Positions 19,740-30,343 of a DNA stretch of 64,000 bases are shown one piece after another. Both the position numbers and the translations under genes were made by a program. Source of the DNA: a bacterium (GTDB taxonomy: Bacteria > Hydrothermota > 32-111); the NCBI GenBank assembly GCA_050239825.1, contig JBFXGO010000004.1:4590-68589 (forward strand). The letters run 5' to 3'. Under the pieces are notes generated by a model. That model did no database searches, was not told the origin of the DNA, and worked only from the letters and a program-made list of their open reading frames with translations. The stretch's first letter is position 1. Every line of letters starts with the position of its first letter.

Positions 19740-21000
19740 TCCTTTTCAGTTCCTTTTTGAATTCTTCCGCCGCTTCATTAAGAGCATCCTTCGGGCTTTT
19801 GCCTCCCTTGACTGCATACTCCAGAGCATTGCCGAGCAGTTTCCTTCCTATATACCATTCTTTGTCCTGTGGCTCCATATATGCGTATTCAAGCTGTTTA
19901 TAGACTTCCCTGAGTCCTTCATATTTTTCAAACTGTTCCCTCAAAACAAAAGATTCCATTGAACTTTTCCTCACAGGAAGGTATCCTGTCCTCTGCGACC
20001 AGAGGGCCTGCATTTCGGTTGAAGTGAAAAATTCTATAAAGGCGTAGGCGGCAGACTGCTTCTCCTTGGATGATTTGTTGAAGATTGCCACATTAGTGCC
20101 TGAAATAAGCACCGCGTCCTTATCTCCGCTCGGCAGAGGCGCCATTCCCAGTCTGAATGGCGGTTTTGCATCCATTATAAACGATAAAGAGACGCATGAA
20201 CCGTAAATTGTGCTCACCTTCTGTGAAAGAAAATCATCCTGATGCTGATAACCGGTGGTTGTGTATCCGCTCTTATCATCAATAACCATTTGCCTGTCTA
20301 TCTCAATAGCTTTTATCCCTGCATCCGAATTAAATAACGGCTTCAATGATGCATCTGTAAGCTCTCCTCCGAACTGGAGAAGCCTGCATTCGAACATCCA
20401 CACATTTATATTGAATGCGGTTCCGTGGAAATCAGTCTCTCCGTCTTTGTTTGTGTCAAAAGTCATTTTTTTCATAGCCTCAAGAAAAGCGTCCCAGGTA
20501 TCCGGAAACTTTTCGTATCCGTTTTTTTTGAAGACATCGGCATTATAGAAATAGGCGGGTACGGACTTATTGAATGGCATTGTCACAAGCTTGCCGTTAA
20601 ATGTGTTGTCCTTAATAAACACTTCATAGATATCCTTTTTTACATCCTCTATGCTCAGCGAATCCATCAGATCCTCTATGGGAGTGAGAATTCCAGAAGC
20701 GACAAATTCACTTGTCCATGATTCATAGACCTGTGACATCACCGGAGGATTAGAAATTGATGCCATTAGTTTTGTAGAAAGAGCCTCATATGTCCCGACT
20801 GATATCAGCTCAATTTTGATTTTTGGGTTCAGAGCATTGAATGAATCGGCAATCATATCAAGAGCCTCTCCCGAAGGTCCTCCCATGACATGCCAGAATG
20901 TCACGATTGTGACATCTTTGTCTTTTCCGGCATCGCACCCTGCGAAGAGAACCGCCATTATAATCAAAATCAATACAAGTCTTTTCATTTCACACTCCAT
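19726..21000 (-). CDS. ABC transporter substrate-binding lipoprotein (family 1, sugar-type)
   Basis: 424 aa. Lipobox LFAGC, the overall SBP_bac_1-like composition, and size support the call. Confidence 0.65.
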   Translation of the reverse strand: MECEMKRLVLILIIMAVLFAGCDAGKDKDVTIVTFWHVMGGPSGEALDMIADSFNALNPKIKIELISVGTYEALSTKLMASISNPPVMSQVYESWTSEFVASGILTPIEDLMDSLSIEDVKKDIYEVFIKDNTFNGKLVTMPFNKSVPAYFYNADVFKKNGYEKFPDTWDAFLEAMKKMTFDTNKDGETDFHGTAFNINVWMFECRLLQFGGELTDASLKPLFNSDAGIKAIEIDRQMVIDDKSGYTTTGYQHQDDFLSQKVSTIYGSCVSLSFIMDAKPPFRLGMAPLPSGDKDAVLISGTNVAIFNKSSKEKQSAAYAFIEFFTSTEMQALWSQRTGYLPVRKSSMESFVLREQFEKYEGLREVYKQLEYAYMEPQDKEWYIGRKLLGNALEYAVKGGKSPKDALNEAAEEFKKELKRNGKI

Positions 21001-21002
21001 TT

Positions 21003-22064
21003 TTATTCGTTCAGAGGTTTTAAAACATAACCGTTATCTGTGTTCAAATAAAAGTATTTTTCAGAAGTCTCCTTCTTCATCCAGTTCAATTCCACCAGTT
21101 TGTTCAAATTAGCGGGGAATTCCCTATATTTCAGAAAATAGACCCTGAGCATATAATCTATGTTTTCAAGTTCATAGGCTTCCGTCGCCTGATATCTGAC
21201 CTTTCCCATTGTCTCCATTCTCTTTATAACAGGCATCATGAGTATTCCGACTGCGGATATAAGCATTACCGCGAAAAGAAGTACGCTCCAGGAGAGTATC
21301 AACTTTCCGTTTATCTTCTTTTCGTCCCTGCTCTTGCTCTTTGTTTCAACAGCGGCGGTTTTTTTTGTTTTGACTATCAAATTCATCTTCAAAAGATTGT
21401 AGACCGCCTGGTAGGTGAGAAATTTTCCCAGACCGCTCGTTCTTATAAGTTCTTCAAGGGATTTATCCGGTGATATAATCTGAATGAGCCTCTCTTCTTC
21501 AGGTCCAAGATTGGCTGGTATCGCAGCATTATCGGCAGTTTTGAAATAAATGTCCGTATTCGGAAGGAGAAGCTGAATGTTGGGCCATTCGTCGATTCTT
21601 CTCATCCCCTCCATCATCAAAGCCTGAGTGTTTATCTTTATCTGTATGGTTGAATTGGGATACATTATTACATCTTCAATAAACTCATACTCTCCCTCGT
21701 ACCACGTAAAGAGTTCGTCAAAAATTTCCTGAATCTTGAATTGTATTATTTCAGACCATTGCTCCTGAGTGATATGCTTCTCTTCAAATAAAATCTTTTC
21801 AAGCGGAAGCCGTGTTTCTCTATTGATATCTAGAACTTTTCCGAATGATTCTTGAGATATCTTTCCGCTGTTTACAAGATACTCCTTTATCAACTCCTGC
21901 ATGCCTGCCCTATGATATACGGCCGCATTGACACTGCCTTTTATGAATCCCACTTCTATCTTGTCCGTTTTATTCGAAAGCGACAAAACGCCGTTCTTCT
22001 CGGTTTGAGCTATGAACCCGATAATATTCGGCAGGTCATCCTTTGAGCGAATTTCACCTTTCAT
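21003..22064 (-). CDS. DUF4388-like N-terminal domain protein with C-terminal TM anchor
   Basis: 353 aa. The N-terminus (LPNIIGFIAQTEKNGVLSL...GFIKGSVNAAVY...AGMQELI) matches the DUF4388 PilZ-like pattern. A single C-terminal TM helix follows. Confidence 0.45.
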   Translation of the reverse strand: MKGEIRSKDDLPNIIGFIAQTEKNGVLSLSNKTDKIEVGFIKGSVNAAVYHRAGMQELIKEYLVNSGKISQESFGKVLDINRETRLPLEKILFEEKHITQEQWSEIIQFKIQEIFDELFTWYEGEYEFIEDVIMYPNSTIQIKINTQALMMEGMRRIDEWPNIQLLLPNTDIYFKTADNAAIPANLGPEEERLIQIISPDKSLEELIRTSGLGKFLTYQAVYNLLKMNLIVKTKKTAAVETKSKSRDEKKINGKLILSWSVLLFAVMLISAVGILMMPVIKRMETMGKVRYQATEAYELENIDYMLRVYFLKYREFPANLNKLVELNWMKKETSEKYFYLNTDNGYVLKPLNE

Positions 22065-24136
22065 TTTTCTTCCTTTGTTATTATGAAACTTATAAAATAA
22101 AATATAATTATGATACCCAGAAAAATATATCCGTATTCGAAATGGATACCTTTCAACAGATTGGGATTTTTGCTTATGAATATTTTGTCTGAAAAAATAA
22201 GAAGAGCCAAAGCAGATGTTAGAGTCACAAGAACATGCCCCTTGAAAGTGCTTCCCTCAAGAACTTTGCTAAAGCCGGGAAATACGAGAGAGGCGAACCT
22301 GCGCTTTTTGAAGAAAGCTTTTTTCCTGAGTCTTATCAGACTTTCAAATTTTCTTGCTTTGAATACATCCGAAAGGGTCTCTGAAAGCGAGAGATAATCC
22401 TCTTCACATATATACGATTCGCTGTACCTCTTTCTGTCTCCATCTGAGATGGGTTTTCCGCAGGTGTGGCATCTCTCTATCTTTAATTTCTTTTTGAAGA
22501 CAAACGATAAAATAAGTCCGAGAAGAGCGGTCAGAAGAGCAATAAAAGATATCAGATTTATACCGACACCCATCATAACCGGAGAATCCAAGACCTTCTT
22601 TGTTTTTAAAAATTCATCCCACACGAACCTTTCCGGAATATTACAGTCTATTATTTCTGTGTTGTAGTACTTATCTTCGGAATTCTCTATATAAGGGGTT
22701 ATCAAATCATAATTAAGCTCCTTTGCCTTTCTCACATAATCATCGGATACTGTAAGCTCCATCTTCTTAAGGTATATCTGCCCGAGATTGTAATAGGGGT
22801 GCGCAAGCTTGGGAGAGGCCTCAATCGCCTTTTCATAGTTTTCAATGGCTTTTTCATAGTATCCTTTCAGATACATTATATTGCCGATGTTATTATAAAG
22901 TTCGGCGAAGCCGTCCTTCTTAAGCAGAATTTTATTATACTCCTCTTCAGCCTTTTCAAAATATCCACCCTTCTTGTACAATTTCGCTTTTGCATACAAA
23001 AGAGGAGTATTGAAAGGCTGCTCTTCTATGAGAGAGTTTATCTTGTTTAGAAGTTTGATATCCCAATAGGTATTGTCTGCTTTTATCATCACGCTCACAT
23101 TGTCATTAGGATTCATCATGGATAAAACTTTGTTCTCCACATTGAAGAATTGAGGCGTCAATGAAACAATGAGCATCATGAACAACAGGGTTGATTTTTC
23201 TTTTTTATCTGCAAAAAGAAATGTCAGGAGAGAAACAAAAAACAGCCATATCACGGGATTGAATTGCAGCAGTATCGGAAATATCAGAACGGCAAGACCG
23301 AGAAATAACTTCTGTCTTTCATCAAGAGGAAGTTTTACATGTCTTTTGAAGAAATAAAAATATTTGTCAGCCACTCTGAAAAACATCATAATTGTCATAA
23401 CAAAAAACACAGTGAGAATAAGGTATCTGAAGAATTTGACTATATTATATATAAAGACAAATTTATTGAAGCTTTCCGACAATTGTTCCTTCATCATTTT
23501 AAATGAATATCCGATATACTCAAACCTTCGTTCGCGAAGAACAAGATTGAACAGATTTTCTATAATCTGGGGATTATACGGGTCAAGTTTGTTTGCCAGT
23601 ATCAGATATTCAGCCGCTCTGTCTATATTCTTGGCTGAGTATTCGTCGAGAGCCGACAGATTGAGGTATAGAGCTACTTCGGGTAGAGCGACAGCTCCTA
23701 TTTTGTACTTGATGTTTTCGAACTGCTCTATCTCTCTCTCCATTGCATATTTAATGAGATGTTTGGAATATATCTGATAAAGCCTCAGGTGAACCGTATA
23801 GTCGATGCCTGCAAGGTCGCTTGCTTTGTTGAAATAGTATGAAGCTGAATCGGTATTTTTAGAATAATGAAAGGTGAATCCATATGCGACAAAGTAAAAC
23901 GGATTGGTATTGGAATCGCTGATTAATTCTTTGTATTTGGCATTCATCAGCGAAAAGTCAGCATCAGGAATGTATCCTTCGCCGCGTAGTATCTTTCCGT
24001 ACTCGGGATAAAAGTCAAACGCGTCATTCTCAAGGAGTATAACCTGCTTGAAAATATCGCTCACCTCCTGCCCTGCTGATGGAATGAAGCTGAACACCGA
24101 CAGCAGGAGTAAAAGAATAATGCCCGATCTTTTCAT
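22061..24136 (-). CDS. TPR-repeat membrane protein
   Basis: 691 aa with multiple TPR-like motifs (YYNLGQIYLKK, AELYNNIGNIMYLKGYYEKAIENYEKAIE) and several internal TM segments. Confidence 0.6.
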   Translation of the reverse strand: MKRSGIILLLLLSVFSFIPSAGQEVSDIFKQVILLENDAFDFYPEYGKILRGEGYIPDADFSLMNAKYKELISDSNTNPFYFVAYGFTFHYSKNTDSASYYFNKASDLAGIDYTVHLRLYQIYSKHLIKYAMEREIEQFENIKYKIGAVALPEVALYLNLSALDEYSAKNIDRAAEYLILANKLDPYNPQIIENLFNLVLRERRFEYIGYSFKMMKEQLSESFNKFVFIYNIVKFFRYLILTVFFVMTIMMFFRVADKYFYFFKRHVKLPLDERQKLFLGLAVLIFPILLQFNPVIWLFFVSLLTFLFADKKEKSTLLFMMLIVSLTPQFFNVENKVLSMMNPNDNVSVMIKADNTYWDIKLLNKINSLIEEQPFNTPLLYAKAKLYKKGGYFEKAEEEYNKILLKKDGFAELYNNIGNIMYLKGYYEKAIENYEKAIEASPKLAHPYYNLGQIYLKKMELTVSDDYVRKAKELNYDLITPYIENSEDKYYNTEIIDCNIPERFVWDEFLKTKKVLDSPVMMGVGINLISFIALLTALLGLILSFVFKKKLKIERCHTCGKPISDGDRKRYSESYICEEDYLSLSETLSDVFKARKFESLIRLRKKAFFKKRRFASLVFPGFSKVLEGSTFKGHVLVTLTSALALLIFSDKIFISKNPNLLKGIHFEYGYIFLGIIIIFYFISFIITKEEK

Positions 24137-24327
24137 TTTTTAAGAATCGCCGCCGGTATTAAAATGACATATCCCAGCACCAGAAGAACAGGAGAAATCG
24201 TTATGTCGCCTCCGGCCATCAGCACATAACCGAGAAGGATTGATACAAATGCGGCGGCGAAAATCACAAGACTCGTTCTGGAAAATGAGAGTTTCTCTCC
24301 GGATGTGTCTGTTTTTTTGTTTTTCAT
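24133..24327 (-). CDS. Small two-TM membrane protein
   Basis: 64 aa, hydrophobic, with 4-bp overlaps to both neighbours that suggest translational coupling. Confidence 0.4.
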   Translation of the reverse strand: MKNKKTDTSGEKLSFSRTSLVIFAAAFVSILLGYVLMAGGDITISPVLLVLGYVILIPAAILKK

Positions 24328-25973
24328 TATTTCTCCTTTTTAATAAATTCATTGTTTTTTATTTCAAAGACATCAAAATCCATCCTGTTTTTTCTGAAGG
24401 ATATTTTTCCTGAAGCTCCTTCATACGACTCCATTGAATTGAGATAGTTCTGAATTGACTTTCTGTCCGAATATCCATTCTTTATGAGCATTGCAAGAAG
24501 TTTGTATGTGTCATACGCTAATGCGGCGAATCTGTCCGGATCGGTGGAATATTTCCTGAAAAATTTAAGCCTGAAGCTGTTATAGGAATCAGATATGCCG
24601 CTTAATGATTGGGGGGCGACTATTATTGTATTTTTAAGGTAATCCTTCGCAAGTCGTATGAGATTCTCGTTATACATTGCGGAACCGCCCACCAGAAGAG
24701 CGCTTATGTCTTTGAATGCGAGCTGTGTGGAGAGAAGTATTGCATCCTCTGAGGATACGGGAAGGTAAATTGCATCAATTTTCATTTTTTCTATGAGTTC
24801 GATTTTATCAAGAAAATCCTGCGTTCCCGCAGGGTATCCTATTTCAAAAATCACATTGAGTCCCAGCCTCTTTGCCTCCTTCTTGAAAGCTCCCGAGAGC
24901 GTTTTCCCGTAGGAATCATCTGAAAAGAATATCCCGATGTTTTGAAGTGATGAATCCTGGCTCAGATAGTTCGCCGTGAATATCGCCTCTTCGACAAGAG
25001 TCTTATTCACAAGAAAAATGTTTGTATCAAAGCGCAGAATCTCGCCATCAGAGGCGGTCGGCGACAAGACCGGAAGATTTTTCTGTTTGTAAAGATAGGC
25101 TCCGGCAACGATTGTTTCCTGACTAGTCATCGGACCTATAACTGCCACGAATGTATTATCTGCATATATTGAATCAATAAGCTCCATTGTTCTGACAGAA
25201 CTTCCGTCAGTATCAAACATCACTAAGTCAATGCTCTCCTCCTCATTTCCGATAACGCACCCTCTCTTCACCTGTTCGCCTATATAGGCGTTTCCTCCTG
25301 TAAGTTGAAGGAGAAGCGCTATCTTGCATTTTGAGTTTTTATTGTTGTTTATCTCAAATATATATTTTTTTGTGTAATCATTTTCCGGATAGTCTTTTAT
25401 AAGCCTCTGCCTGAAAATATCGCTTTTTTGAACCTCTTCTGATTTTAAAGAGAGCTGATAGAGCCTGAAGAGAATTAATGGATTGAATATGTCAGAATTG
25501 TAATTGTACAGCAGATACTCCAATTCGGAAGAAGAAAGATGTTTTTCAATAACCTTGTTCAGGTTGTCAATCGCCTTTGTCCTTGTTTCGCTATCCTCAT
25601 CAGTAAACATGACTATCTGCATGAGCCAGCCAGCTGCTTCAAAATACGCCTTCTTTTTTATAAAAGTGTTTGATAGCTCGACTCTTATATTATGAGTCTG
25701 GTTGTCTTCGGGATAGAGTTCGGAGAGTTTCTCGGAATACGCGACCTTTTCATCAAATTCCTGCTGGGTGCAGGTCCTTATCAGAGTCAAAAGCGCTGTG
25801 TATGAATTTGAATCTTCGGGAAATTCTTCTACGAACCGGCTTAAAAGCTCTCTGCCTGCATTTATATCTTTCTTTTCCATCAAATTCATTCCGTCTTCAA
25901 AAAGCTGTTTTGAAGACTGACAGAAGAGCAATAGAGAAAAAAACGCAACAACGCTAAATATTTTCAATTTCAT
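24327..25973 (-). CDS. TPR N-domain + type-I periplasmic-binding-fold (LivK-like) protein, LpoA-like architecture
   Basis: 548 aa with a signal peptide and N-terminal TPR-like helices. The C-terminal half matches the Leu/Ile/Val-binding protein fold (KIALLLQLTGGNAYIGEQVKRG...VAVIGPMTSQE...). Confidence 0.5.
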   Translation of the reverse strand: MKLKIFSVVAFFSLLLFCQSSKQLFEDGMNLMEKKDINAGRELLSRFVEEFPEDSNSYTALLTLIRTCTQQEFDEKVAYSEKLSELYPEDNQTHNIRVELSNTFIKKKAYFEAAGWLMQIVMFTDEDSETRTKAIDNLNKVIEKHLSSSELEYLLYNYNSDIFNPLILFRLYQLSLKSEEVQKSDIFRQRLIKDYPENDYTKKYIFEINNNKNSKCKIALLLQLTGGNAYIGEQVKRGCVIGNEEESIDLVMFDTDGSSVRTMELIDSIYADNTFVAVIGPMTSQETIVAGAYLYKQKNLPVLSPTASDGEILRFDTNIFLVNKTLVEEAIFTANYLSQDSSLQNIGIFFSDDSYGKTLSGAFKKEAKRLGLNVIFEIGYPAGTQDFLDKIELIEKMKIDAIYLPVSSEDAILLSTQLAFKDISALLVGGSAMYNENLIRLAKDYLKNTIIVAPQSLSGISDSYNSFRLKFFRKYSTDPDRFAALAYDTYKLLAMLIKNGYSDRKSIQNYLNSMESYEGASGKISFRKNRMDFDVFEIKNNEFIKKEK

Positions 25974-26370
25974 AGGTAAACTTGACCTCCGCGCTCTGCT
26001 TAAGCATTGCTGAAACTGAGCAGTATTTTTCCTGGGAAAGATTTATCGCCTTCTTTACCTTATCTTCATCAAGGTTCACTCCCTTCAGATGATAATGAAG
26101 GGTTATGTTTGTGAATATTTTGGGATGTTCTCCGCGTCTTGTTCCGTCAACTGTTATTTTGAATTCCTTCAATTGCTCCCGCATCTTCACGAGAATAGAG
26201 ACAGTATCCATTGCGGTGCATCCCGCAAGTGAGAGAAGAAGCATCTCCATTGGCTTGAATGAACCTGCCTCCGCCTCAATTGTTTCAGAAGTGGTGTCAA
26301 ATATAAACTTGGATCCGCTGTCGGAGACAGCCGTAAACTTCATTCCCTCAACCCATTTAACTTCTGCCAT
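25954..26370 (-). CDS. OsmC/Ohr family peroxiredoxin-like protein
   Basis: 138 aa with the OsmC signature SLAGCTAMD and a second conserved Cys context. Confidence 0.8.
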   Translation of the reverse strand: MAEVKWVEGMKFTAVSDSGSKFIFDTTSETIEAEAGSFKPMEMLLLSLAGCTAMDTVSILVKMREQLKEFKITVDGTRRGEHPKIFTNITLHYHLKGVNLDEDKVKKAINLSQEKYCSVSAMLKQSAEVKFTYEIENI

Positions 26371-26851
26371 AATCTTCCTTCTCCTTGGTTATGTAAATGT
26401 TGTAATTGAACCTTTCTTCCGGCGAAGCATAGTCAATAATCAAAACTCCGTTTAGATGGTCAAGTTCGTGTTGAAACGCCCGTGCATGAATTCCCTCGAG
26501 ATGCATCGCCTGATATGCACCTGAAGAATCCGTAAATTCAACATCAACCTCTTTCGACCTTTCAACAGGCACATTCAAATTTGGAAATGAGAGACAGCCT
26601 TCAAACTGAGATTCGGTCTCTTTCGATTTGAATTTCAATTCAGGATTTATAAGCACTGTCGGCCTCTCTCCGATGTCGAGCACCATAATTCTTTGTGTAA
26701 TGCCCACCTGATTTGCCGCAAGACCTACTCCATCTTCAAGCTTCATTCCGTTTATCATCTGCTTTATGATGTTCTTGAGTGATTTGTTATTCTTAGCCAC
26801 CTCGTCGGATTTTATCCTCAGAACAGGGTCTGGATACCTTCTGATTTTCAT
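26357..26851 (-). CDS. def: Peptide deformylase
   Basis: 164 aa with motifs GVGLAANQVG, EGCLSFP and HELDHLNG. Confidence 0.9.
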   Translation of the reverse strand: MKIRRYPDPVLRIKSDEVAKNNKSLKNIIKQMINGMKLEDGVGLAANQVGITQRIMVLDIGERPTVLINPELKFKSKETESQFEGCLSFPNLNVPVERSKEVDVEFTDSSGAYQAMHLEGIHARAFQHELDHLNGVLIIDYASPEERFNYNIYITKEKEDYGRS

Positions 26852-26852
26852 T

Positions 26853-28592
26853 TCATTTCTCCGTTTTCAGATGCAATTCCTTAAGCTGTTTATCAGAGAC
26901 AAAATCGGGTGATTCCTCCATCAGCCCCAATCCGTTAAGCGTCTTTGGAAAAGCAATTACATCCTTTATATTATCTCTTTTGAGCATTAGAGAGACCAAT
27001 CTGTCTATTCCGGGAGCAATTCCACCGTGAGGCGGAGCTCCGTATTTAAATGCTTCAAGCAAAAATCCGAACCTGCTCTGAAGTTCTTCATCTGTCATTC
27101 CAACTATCTTCATAATCTCTTTTTGAATTTTCGGATCATGTATCCTTATTGAACCGGAGGCAAGCTCGACGCCGTTTAACACAAGGTCATACAAATCGCC
27201 CCTTGCTTTCAGAGGCTCTGTTGACATAGTGCTTAAGTGTTCTTTTTTGGGCATTGTGAACATATGGTGGCAGGCGACATACCTCTGCTCATTCTCATCA
27301 TACTCAAAGAGGGGAAATTCCACAACCCACACAAAATTAAATTCATCCTTTGTATCGAATTTCTTGATTGAAGCTATCTTGCGTCTAAGCATTCCGAGAT
27401 ATTCAAGGGTTCTCTTCTTTTTTCCGCTCATTGCGAAAAGTATCTTTTCATTGTTCAAAATCTCCTTAGGCAGATACTTCGATAGCGGCCCGGAAACTCC
27501 AGTCTCCGACAATTTCATGTATCCGAGTCCGGTAGCTCCGATTGATTTAACAAACTCAGTGAGTTCGTCAATCTCTTTTCTCGTGAAATCCTGGTCGGAG
27601 AGGATAGCGCCTGTAAACTCTTGCTCTCTGAACACCTGAAATTCACTACTGTGGGCGCTCTCTGTTATATCATTTATTTCAAGTTTGTATCTGAGGTCAG
27701 GTTTATCTGACCCGTACTTTTCCATAGATTCATCATAGGTCATTCTTCTGAAAGGTATTTTAAGCTCTATGCCGAGAGTCTCTTTAAAAATATGCGCCAT
27801 CATCTCTTCAATCACCTGAAGCACATCATCGCTGGACACGAATGACATCTCCATATCCAACTGCGTGAATTCAGGCTGTCTGTCTGCCCTCTGGTCTTCG
27901 TCCCTGAAACATCTCGCTATCTGGAAATACCTGTCAAAACCGGACACCATGAGAATCTGCTTGTATAACTGCGGAGACTGCACAAGAGAATAAAATTTTC
28001 CCGCATGCATCCTCGAAGGCACAAGATAGTCTCTTGCTCCTTCAGGCGTTGATTTTGACATAACCGGGGTCTCTATCTCTATGAAACCGCAGTCTGTGAG
28101 AAAATCCCGTATCGATTTGATAACTTTGGAACGCATTATTAGAGCTGAAGTCATATATTTTCTTCTCAGGTCGAGATACCTGTATTTCAGCCTGAGCTCC
28201 TCTGACGCCTTCACATCCTCTTCTATGACAAATGGCGTGACAGCAGACCTTGATATTACTTCTGTGAAGTGACATTCGACCTCCACCTCTCCGGTTTTCA
28301 TATCTTTGTTTACTACATTTTCCGGTCTGCGTTTTACAATGCCTTTTACTCTAATCACATCTTCGCTTCTCAGAGATTTCATTGTTTCGGAGGAATCTTC
28401 ATTATCGGGGAAGAGCTGCACTATTCCGGAGCGGTCCCTAAGATCGATGAATATGAGATTTCCATGGTCTCTCTTTCTGTTGACCCAACCGCAGAGAGTT
28501 ACTTCACTTCCTTCAAGCCCTGCATCCACTTCTCCGCAAAGGCATGTTCGCATTGCTGTTTTAAGCATCTTTACACCTCTTGATGTATTCAT
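26853..28592 (-). CDS. aspS: Aspartyl-tRNA synthetase
   Basis: 579 aa. An N-terminal OB anticodon-binding domain precedes the class II core (FRDEDQRADRQPEFTQLD, GGIAPGIDR). Confidence 0.9.
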   Translation of the reverse strand: MNTSRGVKMLKTAMRTCLCGEVDAGLEGSEVTLCGWVNRKRDHGNLIFIDLRDRSGIVQLFPDNEDSSETMKSLRSEDVIRVKGIVKRRPENVVNKDMKTGEVEVECHFTEVISRSAVTPFVIEEDVKASEELRLKYRYLDLRRKYMTSALIMRSKVIKSIRDFLTDCGFIEIETPVMSKSTPEGARDYLVPSRMHAGKFYSLVQSPQLYKQILMVSGFDRYFQIARCFRDEDQRADRQPEFTQLDMEMSFVSSDDVLQVIEEMMAHIFKETLGIELKIPFRRMTYDESMEKYGSDKPDLRYKLEINDITESAHSSEFQVFREQEFTGAILSDQDFTRKEIDELTEFVKSIGATGLGYMKLSETGVSGPLSKYLPKEILNNEKILFAMSGKKKRTLEYLGMLRRKIASIKKFDTKDEFNFVWVVEFPLFEYDENEQRYVACHHMFTMPKKEHLSTMSTEPLKARGDLYDLVLNGVELASGSIRIHDPKIQKEIMKIVGMTDEELQSRFGFLLEAFKYGAPPHGGIAPGIDRLVSLMLKRDNIKDVIAFPKTLNGLGLMEESPDFVSDKQLKELHLKTEK

Positions 28593-29838
28593 ATATTTTT
28601 GCCGAATTCAAATCAATTTTTATCTGACTCTGGTCTGATAGATTCTTAATCACCGCCTTATTCTCCCTCATCTCCTCTTCTCCAATTATCACGGCGAATT
28701 TTGCCCTGCCGGATGAGACGGAAAGCTGTCTTTTTATTTTATCCGTTTCAAAAAGCATATCTGCTTTCATTGACATGCGTCTCAGAGACTCCATCACCTC
28801 AAAAGCTTTGTCCGCAGTCTCGCCTCCGAAATGAACTATGAATGCATCGATAATTTCATCTGCTTCAAAATTCTTTTTTATACTTTCAGGTATCGAAAGC
28901 ATAAGCCTTTCAATACCGCCTGCAAAACCGCATGAAGGCATCTCCTGACCGCCCAGTTCTTTGGAAAGCATGTCATACCTTCCGCCTCCGATAAGAGTGG
29001 ACTGAGACCCGAGGGATTCTCCAGTTTCAATAAATTCAAAGACAGTCTTGGTATAATAATCGAGCCCGCGCACTATCATGGGATTTACCGAATACTCTAT
29101 TTTGAAATCATCAAGGCACTGTTTTACATTCTCGAAATCGCTTTTGCATTCTTTGCACAGATGTTCAGTAATTTTCGGGGAATCGAGAGCAACCGCCCTG
29201 CATCCGCTCTCTTTGCAGTCAAGCACCCTCAGAGGATTTGTATTTATTCTCACCCTGCATTGTTCGCAGACATCCGCAGACCTTTCCGAAAAATATTTTT
29301 TTAAAAGAAGAGTGTAGCCGGGTCTGCAATTCCCGCATCCTATTGAGTTAATCTCTATTTTGTAATCCTTTATTTCAAATGCTTTCAATATTTCCTTACC
29401 GAGCATTATAAGTTCGCAGTCGCGCCTGAAATCGGATGAGTTTAGAGTCTCCACTCCGTATTGATAAAACTCCCTGTACCTTCCCTTCTGGGGTCTTTCA
29501 TATCTGAACAGAGGTGTTATGTAGTATAGTTTTTTGACTTCCGCGCCCTGAACATAATTGCTCTCTAGCACCGATCTCATCATTGGCGCAGTCTCTTCGG
29601 GTTTGAGAACATACTCTTTGCCACTCTTCGATGTGATTGTGAACATCTCTTTGTTGACAATGTCTGTCTCATTTCCGACAGCCCTTTTGAACATCTCCAA
29701 AGGCTGAAGTATGGATGTCTGTCCGTAAGAAAATCCGTAAGAGGAGATGACCTGCCTCAGAGTCTCAACCGTATTTCTGAAAAGGTTGGATTGACTGCCA
29801 AGCATATCGTAAGTGCCCTTTACTCTCTCAAACCGCAT
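28561..29838 (-). CDS. hisS: Histidyl-tRNA synthetase
   Basis: 425 aa with class IIa motifs and a C-terminal anticodon-binding domain. The HisS N-terminus is MRFERVKGTYDML. Confidence 0.9.
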   Translation of the reverse strand: MRFERVKGTYDMLGSQSNLFRNTVETLRQVISSYGFSYGQTSILQPLEMFKRAVGNETDIVNKEMFTITSKSGKEYVLKPEETAPMMRSVLESNYVQGAEVKKLYYITPLFRYERPQKGRYREFYQYGVETLNSSDFRRDCELIMLGKEILKAFEIKDYKIEINSIGCGNCRPGYTLLLKKYFSERSADVCEQCRVRINTNPLRVLDCKESGCRAVALDSPKITEHLCKECKSDFENVKQCLDDFKIEYSVNPMIVRGLDYYTKTVFEFIETGESLGSQSTLIGGGRYDMLSKELGGQEMPSCGFAGGIERLMLSIPESIKKNFEADEIIDAFIVHFGGETADKAFEVMESLRRMSMKADMLFETDKIKRQLSVSSGRAKFAVIIGEEEMRENKAVIKNLSDQSQIKIDLNSAKIYEYIKRCKDA

Positions 29839-30343
29839 TTCGCCTCCCCAATTTTAGTTCATATAAAATTAAAAACATCGTCATCAGAGCCATTCCGAAA
29901 CCGTCGGCGAGGAGATCGAAGAATGAGCAGAATCTTGTAGGTGTTAATATCTGATGAAGCTCATCGAAGATTCCTATCAGAATAACAATCATTCCGGCAA
30001 GAATATAGTTCTCCTTGGAATCTCTTTTGCCTCTTGTCTTTTTCAGAGCGTAATAAACCAAAAAAGTAAAGACAAAGTATTCAAACACATGGTAGATTCT
30101 GTCCAGATTTTCAGAAACAAAAACGCAGAGCGAACAACCTCCGCCTCTTCTGTTCAGAAAACTCTTTATCATCAGAAGCACTCTCGACACTATGTTGATG
30201 TTGTCTCCCTTGAAATCAACTTTTACGGAACCCATCACAAAAATTACGACCATCCAAAGAAGTGCCGGAAGCCAATAGATGATTTTTTTTGCCTTAGAGC
30301 TCAATTTCATGCAATCCTTTTGCCAACTGTTTTCCGGCTTCAT
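29828..30343 (-). CDS. VanZ-like membrane protein
   Basis: 171 aa with 4 TM segments and the conserved DELHQ motif. Confidence 0.55.
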   Translation of the reverse strand: MKPENSWQKDCMKLSSKAKKIIYWLPALLWMVVIFVMGSVKVDFKGDNINIVSRVLLMIKSFLNRRGGGCSLCVFVSENLDRIYHVFEYFVFTFLVYYALKKTRGKRDSKENYILAGMIVILIGIFDELHQILTPTRFCSFFDLLADGFGMALMTMFLILYELKLGRRNAV